From Marsupella aquatica (taxonomy: Eukaryota > Plantae > Marchantiophyta): a DNA stretch of 64,000 nucleotides. The notes under the pieces were generated by a model. It was not told where the DNA came from. It worked only from the letters and a program-made list of their open reading frames with translations, and ran no database searches. Where the stretch lies: positions 10,652,184 through 10,716,183 of the forward strand of contig OZ316895.1 of NCBI GenBank assembly GCA_973895155.1. Direction: 5' to 3'. Below, in pieces: positions 36,801-49,460 of the stretch; the stretch's first letter is position 1, and each line of letters starts with the position of its first letter. Both the position numbers and the translations under genes were made by a program.

Positions 36801-39800
36801 AGTCTATATTTGAAGTCCCTAAAGTCCTGTGAAGCGGGGACAATGCAGCAAAGTAGATGATCCTGAAGTGCCCATAATATTTACACTCGAGTTACTCTCT
36901 GAGCAGTGATTTCTTGCAGACTCAATTGGAGACAGATCAGCCATTTGCTGTCGCGCTGAAGAACACTGGCTCCGAAGACCTTTCTGGAACGTCAGCTAAA
37001 GGTACACTTGCTAGAAGTAAAATATAGTGAATGTCAGTGTTAGAAAATCATCATCGGCATTCAACTAGCGGCACCATTTGTAGCTCAGACCAGTAGTGAG
37101 GCCTGTTCTCCAGCAAGTTTCTAATCCTCCCGAATCTTTTCTTGAGAAAGGGTGAGGTTGAAGACTCGAATATTAAAAGCTGGATTTTCTGCCGACCTTG
37201 ATACTTTCATTACATGCAGGGGTGACTGTCAGTTTCAAATTGGCCGGGAGTGCATCACAACTGACTCCATCACAACTGATTGATGCGTACATGGAATGGG
37301 TAAAAGATATGCATTCTAAATATGATGAAGATTACAATTTTCTAGACGAGGCCATCTATATATTCAGTCATCCGAACGCTGAGAAGGAGCTCGGAGTCGA
37401 AAATAAACAAGGTGAGCAGCTGTTAGGAATAGATTTACTGCATCAGTGTTGCCACTCAGTTATCTTGGTAGCATGTGGCATGTTGATCCAGTTAACATTC
37501 TCGAGAACGCGTGGCGCAGTGCCCGTCTCAAGATTGTGTCCTATTTCCATTTTGACAGTGATCATATTCCACAAGCATATGAAAGATGCTAAAGCGGAAT
37601 TCAAGGTGGACCCTAGTGACCCCCTAAGGATTAAGGTGCCAAAAGGGACAAACGGTCTCAAATCTGAAATGTTTGCCACTGTGGAGTTTTTCTTCCACGA
37701 TGGTGATGAAGATGAACATGGTATGTTCATAGCTTGGCCCTTGAATGGACATGAAACACCTTTTTCCTTGGCTGTGGACAAAATATTGGATTAATCAGTT
37801 GTTGTTATTATCCGCTTTTGGTGCACGTGTTTTTAGCCTTAGCGAAGAGGCTCCATACTATGGGAAGATTCCTAGGGGAATTGAGAAATACGTTACCTGT
37901 CTTCTATGATGTGGAGTGCAAAGTGCAACACTCAAGATTTTATGTTATGTTTGATCTGGTGATGTCAAGTTTTGGAAAGGTCGGGTGCAAGGATTGGTTG
38001 TATGGGGCATAATGTCGTCTAACCATTCAAACGTTTTTCGTTCAGGGGAAGTGAAGTTCATTTGTAGGTAAGCGTCCTTTTACCCGTTTCCCACCCGCAT
38101 TGTTTGTTTGTTGGCTTCGGTGTCTCTCTGATGTCAAGAGAAGATTCACAGGTCTTCATTTCCAGCACCAGTACTGAAAGGAATCTAGCAAAAAGGTTAC
38201 CCTGGTCAACTCTATGATGGTTGTTCTAACTGCGAATTAAAATTTTCAATTTGTATCTCACTCACTGGGTTGACCCTGGTTTCCGCAGGCCCTTAGAGGT
38301 GGATGAGTCGGATGGCTGTAAAATAATACGTAGGGGTGAAAACCGTCACTTTTTACTTAACAAGTCGTTGTGGTTCCCAGCGTCACTTCTTAGCACAACA
38401 GCTAAGGTGGGTGTGTATCTTGAGCTTTCAACAATTCACAGTCATATAATGGATGTTACCGCTATATTGGGCTAGGTTGACATGGTGCAAGGCACAACGG
38501 CGATTTATTTATTAGGACGGGGATATGTCCTCGGATGACATTAATGGTTAATTTCACCTCAGCGGAAAGTCTTCGAATGAGGCATTAAATCGACCAGGAT
38601 CTTGACTATCAACAAGTGGAGGTTTTTCTTGAGGACTGAATGGGTGGAGTTCGTTGATTGTTGTAGGATTTAGTTAAATTTTCTAATCTGGTGTTTTTGT
38701 GAGGTGGCAGCGTTTAGAAGTGGTCACCTGGAAGAAGAAGATTGAGGAGCTTTCCAACAAGTCTCCCAGCAAAGTTGAGATCTTGAAAGCAGACGACATC
38801 AAGAAGCTGGAAATTGGTCAAGTACTGAACAAACTTGAACAAGTAGCTCAGCTTAAGAAGATTAGACAAGTGCCTGTTGAATACGCCTAGTTGTAAGCCA
38901 TACTTTTAATTGTGCGTTCAGAATGTGCCGTGAAGTGACTTTGGACTAATAAAGGGTTTATGTCCATATTGTGGAAAACTTGTGTATACAACTGTGCAGG
39001 TGTTTCCTGTAGATGACAGCAAATGTGTAGCTAAATTTGAAGCTGGTTATAGTTTGCCAACAGCACTCCTGGTGGTTGTTCGGCCAAAAAAGGGTACAGG
39101 GCCATCCCATAAGCAAGGGATGATCGTAACAGAACCCATGAATATCGTCCTAACTGTGAGACATTGTGTTTGTTCGAGTCCCTGTTGGAACCGACGAGGG
39201 GCAGCATCTTCTGGAAAGGGGTTTTCTCCTCAAGCCAGGGAAGACCATGGGCGAGTGGTGTCCATAATAAATGCTCAAAGCACTTTGTCTAAGAGCGGTG
39301 TGAAGGGCCTGTACATGTTCAACATGGGTTCCCCTGAAGTCAATCGCCTGACAATGCAAGGAATTTATACTTTCGACATTTCAGTGGTACGGACCAAGCC
39401 TTTTCTTTGCGTTGAGTGTGGAACTCCAGATAGGTTTCTAGCTGTTCACTTCGACGTGCGACAAGTTCTATTGATTGCCGCCCGAACTGACTGACTTGCT
39501 ATTTTCTCAGGAGACTGACAAGTACAAAGATGTCGCACATTCCGTGTCTGCAATTCAAATTTTTCCTTCAAGGATTACATCAAAATGGACGCTTTGCAGT
39601 CATGCAGAAGATTGCACAATTTCGCAACACCATAAAATGCAGCCACCTTCGAATGTGATCAGGTATGCTCCTAGAATTCTGCATCATCCTAAAAGTTGTT
39701 GGTAAGAATGGTGACCCCTGAGCTAATCTTCAAGCACATTTGCGCACAGGCTATAGACTCCGGACACTACCTTGGGAGCTCAGAAATGATGATTTTGTGA

Positions 39801-42800
39801 TTACTTCTTAATTTTTTTGGGGGTTTCCGGGAAGCCAAGATTGTGTCCTGATTCTCCATTGTTGTAGTCTGTGTCGATGTATGATTGTTCTGACTCTGGT
39901 GTCCCTCTGATAGGCTGAATGAGAGACTTCACGACGACCTTTTTATACAAAAATATGACAGATACGACAACCGCCAAATGTTCGATCAACCTTTAGATCT
40001 GGAATTTATGGTTCTCTCCCCAAAAGGACTAGGTTTAGAGATGCGATCAAAGGTGCAGGCTAACTTCGTAAGAGGAAGTCAAGGTGTACGATACAGAATG
40101 CAAGTCAAGGTACCCATCCGAACACAGCTACCAGTCATTTTGGTATTCTGACAGTAGGCGATATTGAGCTAACGTTAGGCTACATATGTTGCTTGTTCAG
40201 AATTTACTCTTTAAAAGAGGTTTACTAGAGGCAGTCGAGCCCAAATACGAAGGCGTGCTACGTGCATGTTTCCCAAACGACCAGCACGCAGACATGAGTT
40301 GCAAAGGTAGGGCGTTTGTGATCAATGATAACTTTCAGAATATGTAGGTCACTTGATACATTGTTTCATGACTAGCGAAATATGAAATCCCCAGAATCTG
40401 TCTTCTGCTTTTAACATCGTAGGATGTTTAAAGCTGGAATTGTCCCAGAAATGATGTCAATAATGCTTGTGTCTGAAGGTCTGATTCATAGTTCCTCCTA
40501 TTCCTATTGCTGTTTGACCAGTGCTCCCTGGATCAGTCGCATCTTTTCAAGTCAAAGACAGCAACCCTTTAATTGCGAAAGGCAGTTTCTGCTTTCAAAA
40601 AGCTCTCCACCCTTGGGAGATCATCAAAAAGTTAACCCTTCAGGTTGGGACCACTGACACTAGAATCTTTTCCAGCTACTACCGATAGTATCAAGTTCTT
40701 GAACGTTCGGCTTAGCATGGCATGACCGTGAATACGAAGACACAACATTGATTATCGTGGGAGGCCAGATCGACTGTGAATTCAATGAACTCTATTATTG
40801 TGGATGGGGAAGTGAGCTATCAATAGTAGCGTTCAGTAGAAAATCTAAGTAAGTTGACGGGGTGAGAATATAAATGATTGCTAAGATGGACATTAGTCTA
40901 GAGAAAGTGTGTATCATGGAAGCACTAAACGTAAATCAAAGGGAAGTAGGAGGCGAGACAGAAAATACGTAACGTGAGGCGAGCAGTGCTACAACTACAA
41001 CGAGAAAGCGATTTGTTGCAAGAACTTCAATAGTACTGTTCGTTACAGGAATTTAATTAAAGTTTGTTGCTTTTCACTGTACTAAAGCTTGTTGTTCCTT
41101 CGAAAGGCCAAATAATATAATTAAGACAATATACATCAGAGGACCCAGATGGAATTTGTACTTTACCACTTCACACAAATGCAATGAGACAGTTCAATGA
41201 AAAACTAAATTCAAAGTCATGATAGATCCACAACTTTGTCCTGATGGGGGGTTTTTGTCCATCTAGGGGTTGGATGCGACTGGGAACACGATTGAAAAGG
41301 GCCAAAAGGTGCACGTCCAGTTGGAAGGTCTTGAATTTCAAGATCAGAGTGCAACTGTAAGAGAGGTAAGTCCCGACTGCCCTGGCGATGCAGGAAATCA
41401 TGTTAAGTCTATAGATTGGTTCTTGCCTAGGCAAGTGCAGGCTTCGTTGTGAACAATGTCGAGAAATGGAATTGGTCACGAATCCGCATTCAAATACAGT
41501 TTGACAAGGTCGCTGTACCGAGCTTCGCTGTTCTGAAGACCGGTGTTGCGTTCTCGCAGGTTGATGAGTGTGGCTGCCTGCAGCTCGGAGGGCTCCTGAA
41601 AGTAACGAGTTCTTATAATTCCAAAGGTTTGTAGCTGATTTTTGCAGGAGGTCTTGCCAAGAGGATGATCTTATTATCACTCGGCTTCTACTTTCGGAAA
41701 CCCTTTGACCGTTTAAATTTCTATGCAGTGGTACCTTTTGTTTGTAAGCACCTTTATCCAGAAACATTTCCTTTGTCCAGAGTTCGTTCGCTTTAGCAAA
41801 GCCCAACGGTGATGCCAGTCGGCTGCAACTTCGCTTACAGAGGAAGACATTTCTCTTCGCAAGGATGACAAACGTCTTCGTGATGTTAGAGCTGGCTTCT
41901 TGATTTGCACGACAGCTACCAAGGCTTTCAATTACGGATAGACTTGATTTGACCAGCTTATTACACAGATTTTTTGCAGCTAGGAGGTTTTTTGAAATGT
42001 CTAGAAGTTGGTGGGTCTGCTCGAAGTACGTTTCGTGGATTGGTCTCCTATCTATGGTTGGCATCCTTTGCAGCTTTTATTTATGGCAATTAATGTTACC
42101 CCAGTTCACCTAGAGAAGTGCTTGATTCAAAAATGAAATGCGCAGGCTCAATCACCATTATTGCAATGAACGGGACGCAGTTATGCAGAATCAGCTTAGA
42201 AACTGTCACTCGGCAGCTAATCGCCACCCAGGTATGCTGTTTTCCCCGAGTATCCATTGAACAGCTGCACTGTGAAAGAAGTTGGGCGAGATGCCTCTGG
42301 AGTTTTTGGACGTTTTGGAGTCAAATGATATCTGTTTGAATTGAAATCATAAATATTTTTCATACATTGGCTTTGAAGAAGCGGAGTTCTAAAAAGGTTT
42401 TTTAATTTCCCCCTCTGATGTGGAACAGGTTCCACGGAAATCCTACGTGGGGAGGCAGTTGGAAGGGATTATTATAGAGATTGTCGATGAATGCGGGAGA
42501 GTGGATACTACAGTGAATGGTTACATGCACTCTATTACAGCGGACTGGTTGAAGGGGGTGACATGTGTTTTTGTGAAGGGAGAATGCACTCTGCCTGATT
42601 TCAAGCTGCCAGAGAAGCCGGGAATCTGGAACGGAAAAGTTTCTTTCTCTGCAGATAGAAATTTGAGCGTAATAATATCGGTGAGCTTTCCAAAATTATG
42701 TACCTGCTGCGCGGATGATTTTTGCAGTTCATGCCTGAGAGGACAGCCGAAAGAGTCGAAATGTTAGACGTGGCACTTCATTTTGTTGGAGAATGTATGC

Positions 42801-45800
42801 AATTAATGTCTGTTTCCGCTTGACCTCAGTTACTCGTTAAATTAAATTGGCATCCTGTCAATGTCTTTGTCTGTCAGCCTTAAGAGGTTGCTTGAATGAA
42901 AGAGGGCACGATTAAATCAAAACTTACATGTCTGGATGGGCTATAGCAGATAACCATTGCATTGCTGAATAGCAATGTGGAACCTAGTGACAATCGGGAA
43001 TCTAGTGTGGCGCTTGATTTTTAACTGTATTTCGAAATCTGTCTGAACCTTCAGGTGCAATTGGAGCTAGCTACTGCTTGTAGTCTAGGTCCAGCAAGGA
43101 GGAAACCTGAGAGCCTGACTGCACAATGCGGTGTCCCATTTGTTGTTCCCTTCAGCGTGTATGACGATCAGCACCAGCCTGCTCGCCTCACGGAATCCAT
43201 GAAGGAAATGGTATGTTAAGAAGAAGGAAATGGTATGTTAAGTAGACACAAATGGATAGACATAGTATGTGTTCTTCTCTAGGTGTGCCTGAATAAGGTG
43301 GCGTGATAGTGAAGTTCTTACGCAGATGAAATTCCGTGTCTTTCTGGCCAGATTTTTCTCTGTGTGTCTGAATTGGTACTGAAATCACTTTTGTGAGATT
43401 GTGCAGATCTCCGCGAATGCTGAAGCTAAAGATACTGGAGATGAAGGTCATCCAATTTTCAGACGACATCACAGCGAATGTAAGGATGTGAAGATGTCAA
43501 GGACTGGCGACCCGGGCTATGAGGCTCACGTCGTTCTCTTTGGATCTGTGGGTACCTACGTGATCACCTTGATGGATTCGTGTTTCAAATTGAAAGGCCA
43601 AGTCCAAACAACCATTAATCTGGAGCATGGTCATGTTTCACGGCTAGTACCGGGACAGGCAGACGGATCTCAAGTACAGTGTCTTTCAAGGCCTCTCACT
43701 ACGCTAGAGGCTAAACGCTGTAGCGCAACGCCGAAGTTGGTGGTTACGCTGCTTGATTCAGATGATAATGTCTGCAGTTCGTGTGAAGGAAGGCTTCTGC
43801 GGATGAATATCTTGGATTGTCCGCAGTGGACTGTGAAGACAGCGGTGGTTGCTCGGGGTATGGGGCATTTCGAGAGCTCTTCTGTCGCCGTACCCGTCGG
43901 CTCTTATGAGGCTTCTATTGAACTGGATTCGTCACCTGATGACTTGTACTCAATAGACGAGCAGGTTGCACCGATCAAGGCCCAGTTTGTGTTCAGGGTG
44001 AGTCATGGCAATTATCCGTCAGGTCTGAGGCTTCTAAATTCCAGGACGGTGTCTGTATCACTCACTGCAGAAACGATTCAGTACCTTCCGCCGATGACAG
44101 TGCTGGTGGAGTCGGCTGATGGACTCCGGCTGCAGTGCCGGCCGACTGTTGGAGTAAGAATCCACGGTGACAATTCTCAGGAGTATTTTGGCAGTTTTGT
44201 GGAAACTTTTGAGACACAATTGGGGCTATTGCCATCGCGGGAGGATGATTTGCCTGCTAGCGAGGCCGGGGACGGTCCAGTCCGGTATGACTTTACGGAA
44301 GTATGTGTTCCTCCTCTGGCTGGCACTTATGTGATGGAGTTTTTTGTGCGGGGAACCAATGTGCCTTCACAATCTCAGCATCTGATTGTAAGGCATGGGC
44401 CCCCAACGAGGCTGGAGATAGTGCACCGAGAACGAGGACAAGAACTGGATGTCCTTCAAGTTCATTTCGTAGATCGATATGGAAATACTTGCGAGGACAT
44501 TTATGGTGTAGAAGTAGCTCTGGATCTTGCAATCAGCAAGAATTTCTGTGTTCACAGCAAGTCTACAGCAAGTCCACCACAGTTGTGCTCTGTCCGCAGC
44601 AAGTCCACCACAGTAGTCAAGAGAGGCAAAGGAGATTTTGGAGTATTCGAGCTGAACAAGGGTATACCTGCAATGTACACCTTGAAGGTGTTTGCAGTAA
44701 ACTGTGACAGCTACATGAATTGTTTGACACCAGCAGAAGCGCAGATCTTTGTAACTCGTGGGAATGTAGATGAGACGCTTAAAGAGGGATTTTTCGAGAC
44801 GCAAGCTTCAGCCCAAGTGAGGTTCTTTGCCTTTTATATTGTTCGAAGTTCAGATTATGATTCAATAATGGAAATACAAAAAGATCGAGTCGATTTGGGG
44901 AGAAAGTAACTTGTGGTGAGGGGTTGCTCTACAGGAACATGAAGAATGCCTGAAATTGATAAAGCTCGGTGAGGATCTTATTGAACAGTGTAAAGCAAGA
45001 ATCATTTCTCTGCAGGAGAACATCAAGAGAAATGAAGGTTTGATACCCAGAGCTTTTTCCTTGGATGAGGTACTGAGAAATTGGATAGACTCGGCAGGGC
45101 TGTTTGAAAATTTAACTCCTACAGGAGTTCGAACTAGCGGCTAGTTACATATCCAATGAATTTAACGTCCAAGGAGCCCCAACTGGAGCAAGGTGCACAT
45201 ACTAGAAACCCGCATGATAGAAAGCACGTTGAGATTGCAAAGAAGGCCATGGAGTAAGGGAAGGTTCCCACCCGGAGTTTGTTTCCGCCGCTCTCATTAC
45301 TCTTTGCTCATGTTGCAGGCGAGTTAAGGTTCCAGGAAGCTCGGAGGGATGCAGTCAGGAAAGTACAGGTGGCAGCTCGTGATGACGAAGTATTGGGAGC
45401 CGAATGTGTGCAGCCTTTGCGGACCGTAGAAGCTGTTGCGCATGAGATACGTTACTGGGCTGGGCAAGGCAATTCTGCTGCCCTGGCATTATTGGAGGCT
45501 CAGTGTGAGGGCAACTTTTTGTCACCACAATCCCAACATCCTGCGGCCAAAGATATCCTGGGACTGGTGGTGATGCTGGGGCGTGTAGAGTCTGAAGCCC
45601 TTAACAGGTATGATCATTGACCTCTGTTTGCTTTACTTTTACAACAAGGATCGAGTCGCCCCTTACGCATGAACTATGTCTTCCCATTTTCCCAATGCTG
45701 CAGACGATTTGGATAGGACTTTGCTAGTTTGGAGAGGTTCGAACTGAGAAAGAGTTACAGGAATGCTATCCTCCGTACAGGTCCAGCAAATCCAAAAAAA

Positions 45801-47575
45801 TGTTCCTAGTTGTGGAGAGCTTGGTTTGCAGTTCCTGATTTGTTTTCCAGAGGTTCCCCTTAGGTCTACAGGCCAGTCTGACAAAGCAGCAACAGCTATT
45901 ACAAACATTCAACAGCTGTAGAATCCGAAGCAACTTCCACAAACTCAGAGCTTGCTTTCGCAGTGTGAAGATCTATCCCCAGAAGCTTGATGTGGAAAGC
46001 TACCATCACTTTCGTTCAAACCTTGCTTTCTTCCGAGATGATCTGTACGAGGCTTGAAATCCTTCCCAGTAGCAGGGTTTGAATGAAGCTCTTCTTGCCT
46101 TTGTATCTGGCCGAAATTCAGGGTTGCTGGATGATAGGGGCTGATGCTACGATCCCGACAATGCATAATACATAACATCGAGAAATAGGCTAGTATTGAG
46201 GGGAACTTCGTGAATTTCCGATAGTGACAGGGTTCTTATGTATGGGTTTTGGTGGAAAACAGGAGTCTATCAGAATTTCTGGGAGTCAACTCTCTCTTGT
46301 TGATTATTACCCGAACTCAAAGGGGAGTTAGTGCCCTCGAAGAATACGATGAACATGGAAACATAGACGAAACCAAAGGTCTTTCTGGTTTCGCTCGACA
46401 TCGTAGCTTCAGATTCACTGGAGCGTTTACCGTCCTGGCTCTCACGGACGTAAGGTATAGTGCTCTGTTATTGGAAAGTATACACGAGAAAAAATTGTAG
46501 GCAGATGTTCATAAGCTGCTCCTATTATCCGCAATTAAATTTTTGAATACAGTGATCAGGTTCCAAAGTTTTGTTCTTTTATGGGAGTGAAAAAGCACTT
46601 CAGGAATGATTGTCAGAGGGGAGTAAACTTCTACTTGATGGAAATTGATGGGAGCATTGTCTTTTTATCGTGTATCGTTTACCATGATCTGCAGGCCATA
46701 CTCGCGGAATGATCGACAACCTGCTGTCGATTTGAGGCATCCGCAGAGACTGCTTAATATTGATCCACCTCAACTTCCAAGTGGTCAAGTTGCTACAGGA
46801 TTTCTGGGGTACGCAGTGAACCTCGTGCATCTGAGACCTGAACACATGCAGGTCAGTGTGGCAACTCGGCAGCGAGGAGAGTTCGGGTTGAGAGAGTCCC
46901 TCTTCTTTCATCTCCTGGGAATGTTGCAGGTTTATGACACAAGGCAGCACATGACTTCTGCAAAAGAGGCATTGGGCGGTTTCAATAGTGGAGCAATATC
47001 GCTTGATGGTGGTATCCATCATAAGAATCAGCGTCAACAGCTCGGAAGAAGGAGGTATCCTGAAAACTCTTATCTGTCCTTAGCAGGTATTGGTGGCATT
47101 ATTTGGACTCGCGCATTCTAGAGCTACGGTAGTTTGTGGGTAATTTCACAGAGCTACTCTAACCGATTCTCTTTGAACTTGCAGTGACAGAACTCCGGTT
47201 TGCTTCAGCACGGTTCCTCTCGAAGAAAGAATGACAACAAGTTTACTTGCCCCAGCCCGTGATGCCTTTCAGAGGAAGACTGAAATGAGTTTGATCAGCG
47301 CAGAGATGCACAGCAAACAGGAGACGTTGTTGGCAGTGAAACATATGTTGACGGATGAAGCTAAAAAACTTCAGGCTATGACGAAAGTAGTAGAAACTTC
47401 AAAAACGCAGACGGGACCGCTTACAGACAAAAGTCAAGAGATTACGAAAAAATTGGCGGAGCTGATGAGAGCGGCAGACACAATTTCTGCGAGAAATAGC
47501 AGCTCTGGTACTCCTGGTGATAGTGGTGGTTGTCAGGATAGCGCTAGTGAGAGAATGAGAGCCTTTATGATGTAA
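30900..47575 (+). CDS. GMI1: GMI1/SMCHD1-like protein, copy 1: UBL-like + GHKL ATPase + transducer + long beta-rich linker + coiled coil + DMS3-type SMC hinge; ~2,323 aa
   Basis: 37 GT-AG exons read by hand, total 6972 nt, in frame: 30900-31649, 31763-31843, 32075-32130, 32266-32349, 32726-32798, 33026-33081, 33483-33597, 33971-34039, 34429-34542, 34863-34916, 35294-35408, 35818-35915, 35996-36121, 36376-36466, 36652-36686, 36920-37001, 37220-37411, 37559-37720, 38046-38067, 38289-38406, 38711-38821, 39000-39386, 39511-39662, 39914-40109, 40201-40306, 40522-40643, 41267-41365, 41560-41626, 42146-42231, 42429-42680, 43055-43210, 43407-44816, 44935-45037, 45319-45607, 46263-46454, 46695-47054, 47185-47575. 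Motifs: VLLPNG, WDITP..YTLETALADQVDNALQAVW, IFDTGQGM, HRA..AIGGEPPFL, GKYGAGG, LKDIYFPYIQ, IRWLGRLLPEAKW, hinge GFLGYAVNL..GLRESLF..LQVY..GAISLDGG. The start codon is uncertain. Confidence 0.92.
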
Positions 47576-49460
47576 ATAGCGACGATTTACTTTTTTTGTG
47601 ATCTTCTCTAGACCCCTAGAAGGGTTGAAAAAATCCATCAGCTGCTGTAAATCGTCTGAGGGATTGACATGACACACAGCTGCTGATTTGTACAGCATTA
47701 TGTCTCCATGAAATGCATTTTCACCACCGAGAAACTTCTGATCGATGTGACTGATCCTCCTGACAACCATAGCGACTGGTGTCGGTACTTGCCTCACACC
47801 GAACTGTGATCCTATCTTCGGAATTTGATATGCAGGTTGAGTGTAACGCAGAGTCGTCCCCAAGCTTGGGAATTGGAGTATCCTGTACCTACAAGGCCTC
47901 TGGTGACCTACCTTTCTTTTATAAAAGAGCAACACCGGCAGCAGCTTACGTTGCCGTTAGCTTTTAGTTAAAAGCTCGAATCGTTGGCTGCTGCTTAGAG
48001 TGCTGCATTCACCGACTATTCCACTGCGTGTTTTTCTCAACAGGTTAGCGAGTGAGTTTGGTGTCGTGATTGACCAAGCCTGGTGTCAGTAGGTGGAGCG
48101 ATGGTCACTCATCCGATTGTCCAAGTCAAACATTTTATTTTCGCATTCTCCTCAATTCTTGTCGTGACGGCAGTCTTGTTCTCTGCCAAAAGAAGGCTTG
48201 TAGTCAACTGATCTGGAGTCCGAGGATCAATTAGACGCTGCCTGTTTTGCAAAAGCATTCATTCTTGTCGTTTAGCTAAGCTTTCTATTTCACATCTGAG
48301 CAGTCAATCTTGTTTCAGTGCTATCAAATTTCGATTATACTACTGTTCGCTTTGCAATCAGGCTAGTCTCACTTGTTCAGAGTTGAGACGTGTCTATTGG
48401 AAGAGCCCATAACACCCAACAAGAATTGTTCTAAACATTACTAGCAGAGCCTGTCAAGTTTTTTACTGAGATGGTGATGCTTTAAGAAGCTCCACCCGAA
48501 TGCATGAGTGAAAGTAGGTAAATCAAATTGAATGAGGTAGCATGTTTTGCATGTAAGGTGAAATCAAACAGTGACGTTTAGAAAGAATACTCGCGAACGG
48601 TGTTCCGCTTCGTGACCCAATCCACGGTGCAAGTGTTCAAGTAATCTGGAAGTTCCTTTGAAGTGATGACCTTCTGTGCACTCAACTCCCTCAGTTGAAG
48701 CTCGTTCTGCCTTGCAATGGTACTGTGGTTAAAAACCGATCCGCAGTGAATTGTAGATCGAAGAACTGGAAAAACATTCCAGGAACTGGAGGACTCCAAG
48801 TAACAGCCACGGTCTGCATACCTCCTTGGAAAATAGCTTGCCTGTGAGCATGTGTTTGAGTGAACTACAATGCAAGCCACAGGAACTAGTCCATTCAAAG
48901 CTTTATACAGTTGACTACTTTGCATTGTAGGACGCAATAAATACCTTGAAGAGTTAATTTCCTGAAAGTTTCTTCAGCAGGAAATCATACATTGGGAATT
49001 GGTACACCTCTTCCCTGAAACAGAAACAGCAGGTCTGACAAAATCTGATCAGTTTAATGCTTCGGATTCAATCCTGGCAAAAAAAATGGGCAACCACAGT
49101 TTTGAACGATTTACCACAGATTAGGAGAAAAGTTAAGTGATACTCACCCAAATTTACTTCTCATTTTGTTTTGGCAACCTCATAAATAGTCAAAGTTAAT
49201 CAGAAATTCTTATTGTAGTACTACTACTAACAATAGTAATTAGTAGTCAATTAACCAAACACTTAAGCGGTGATGTAGTCAATCCGCGGTACTTCAAACA
49301 ATCTGAAAACCTACGACAATAAATTGATCACTTCCATCCCACTAAAGCTAAACGTGTCCTGCAAAAACTGAAGTGATCCACTGTTTGCCCTCCCTGGAAC
49401 TGCAAAATAGCACTAAGTATACCAAAAATGTTTAAATTTATTATTTACTTCCTTGCTAAA

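Noticed and set aside
41171-42064. 297-aa minus-strand ORF
   Set aside because: It lies antisense across exons 27-28 and introns of the GMI1-like gene with no recognisable motif. Most likely a chance ORF.
45319-47575. A stand-alone DMS3 gene
   Set aside because: The hinge exons splice in frame to the upstream GHKL and linker exons and no separate start exon is evident, so they are the C-terminus of the GMI1-like gene.
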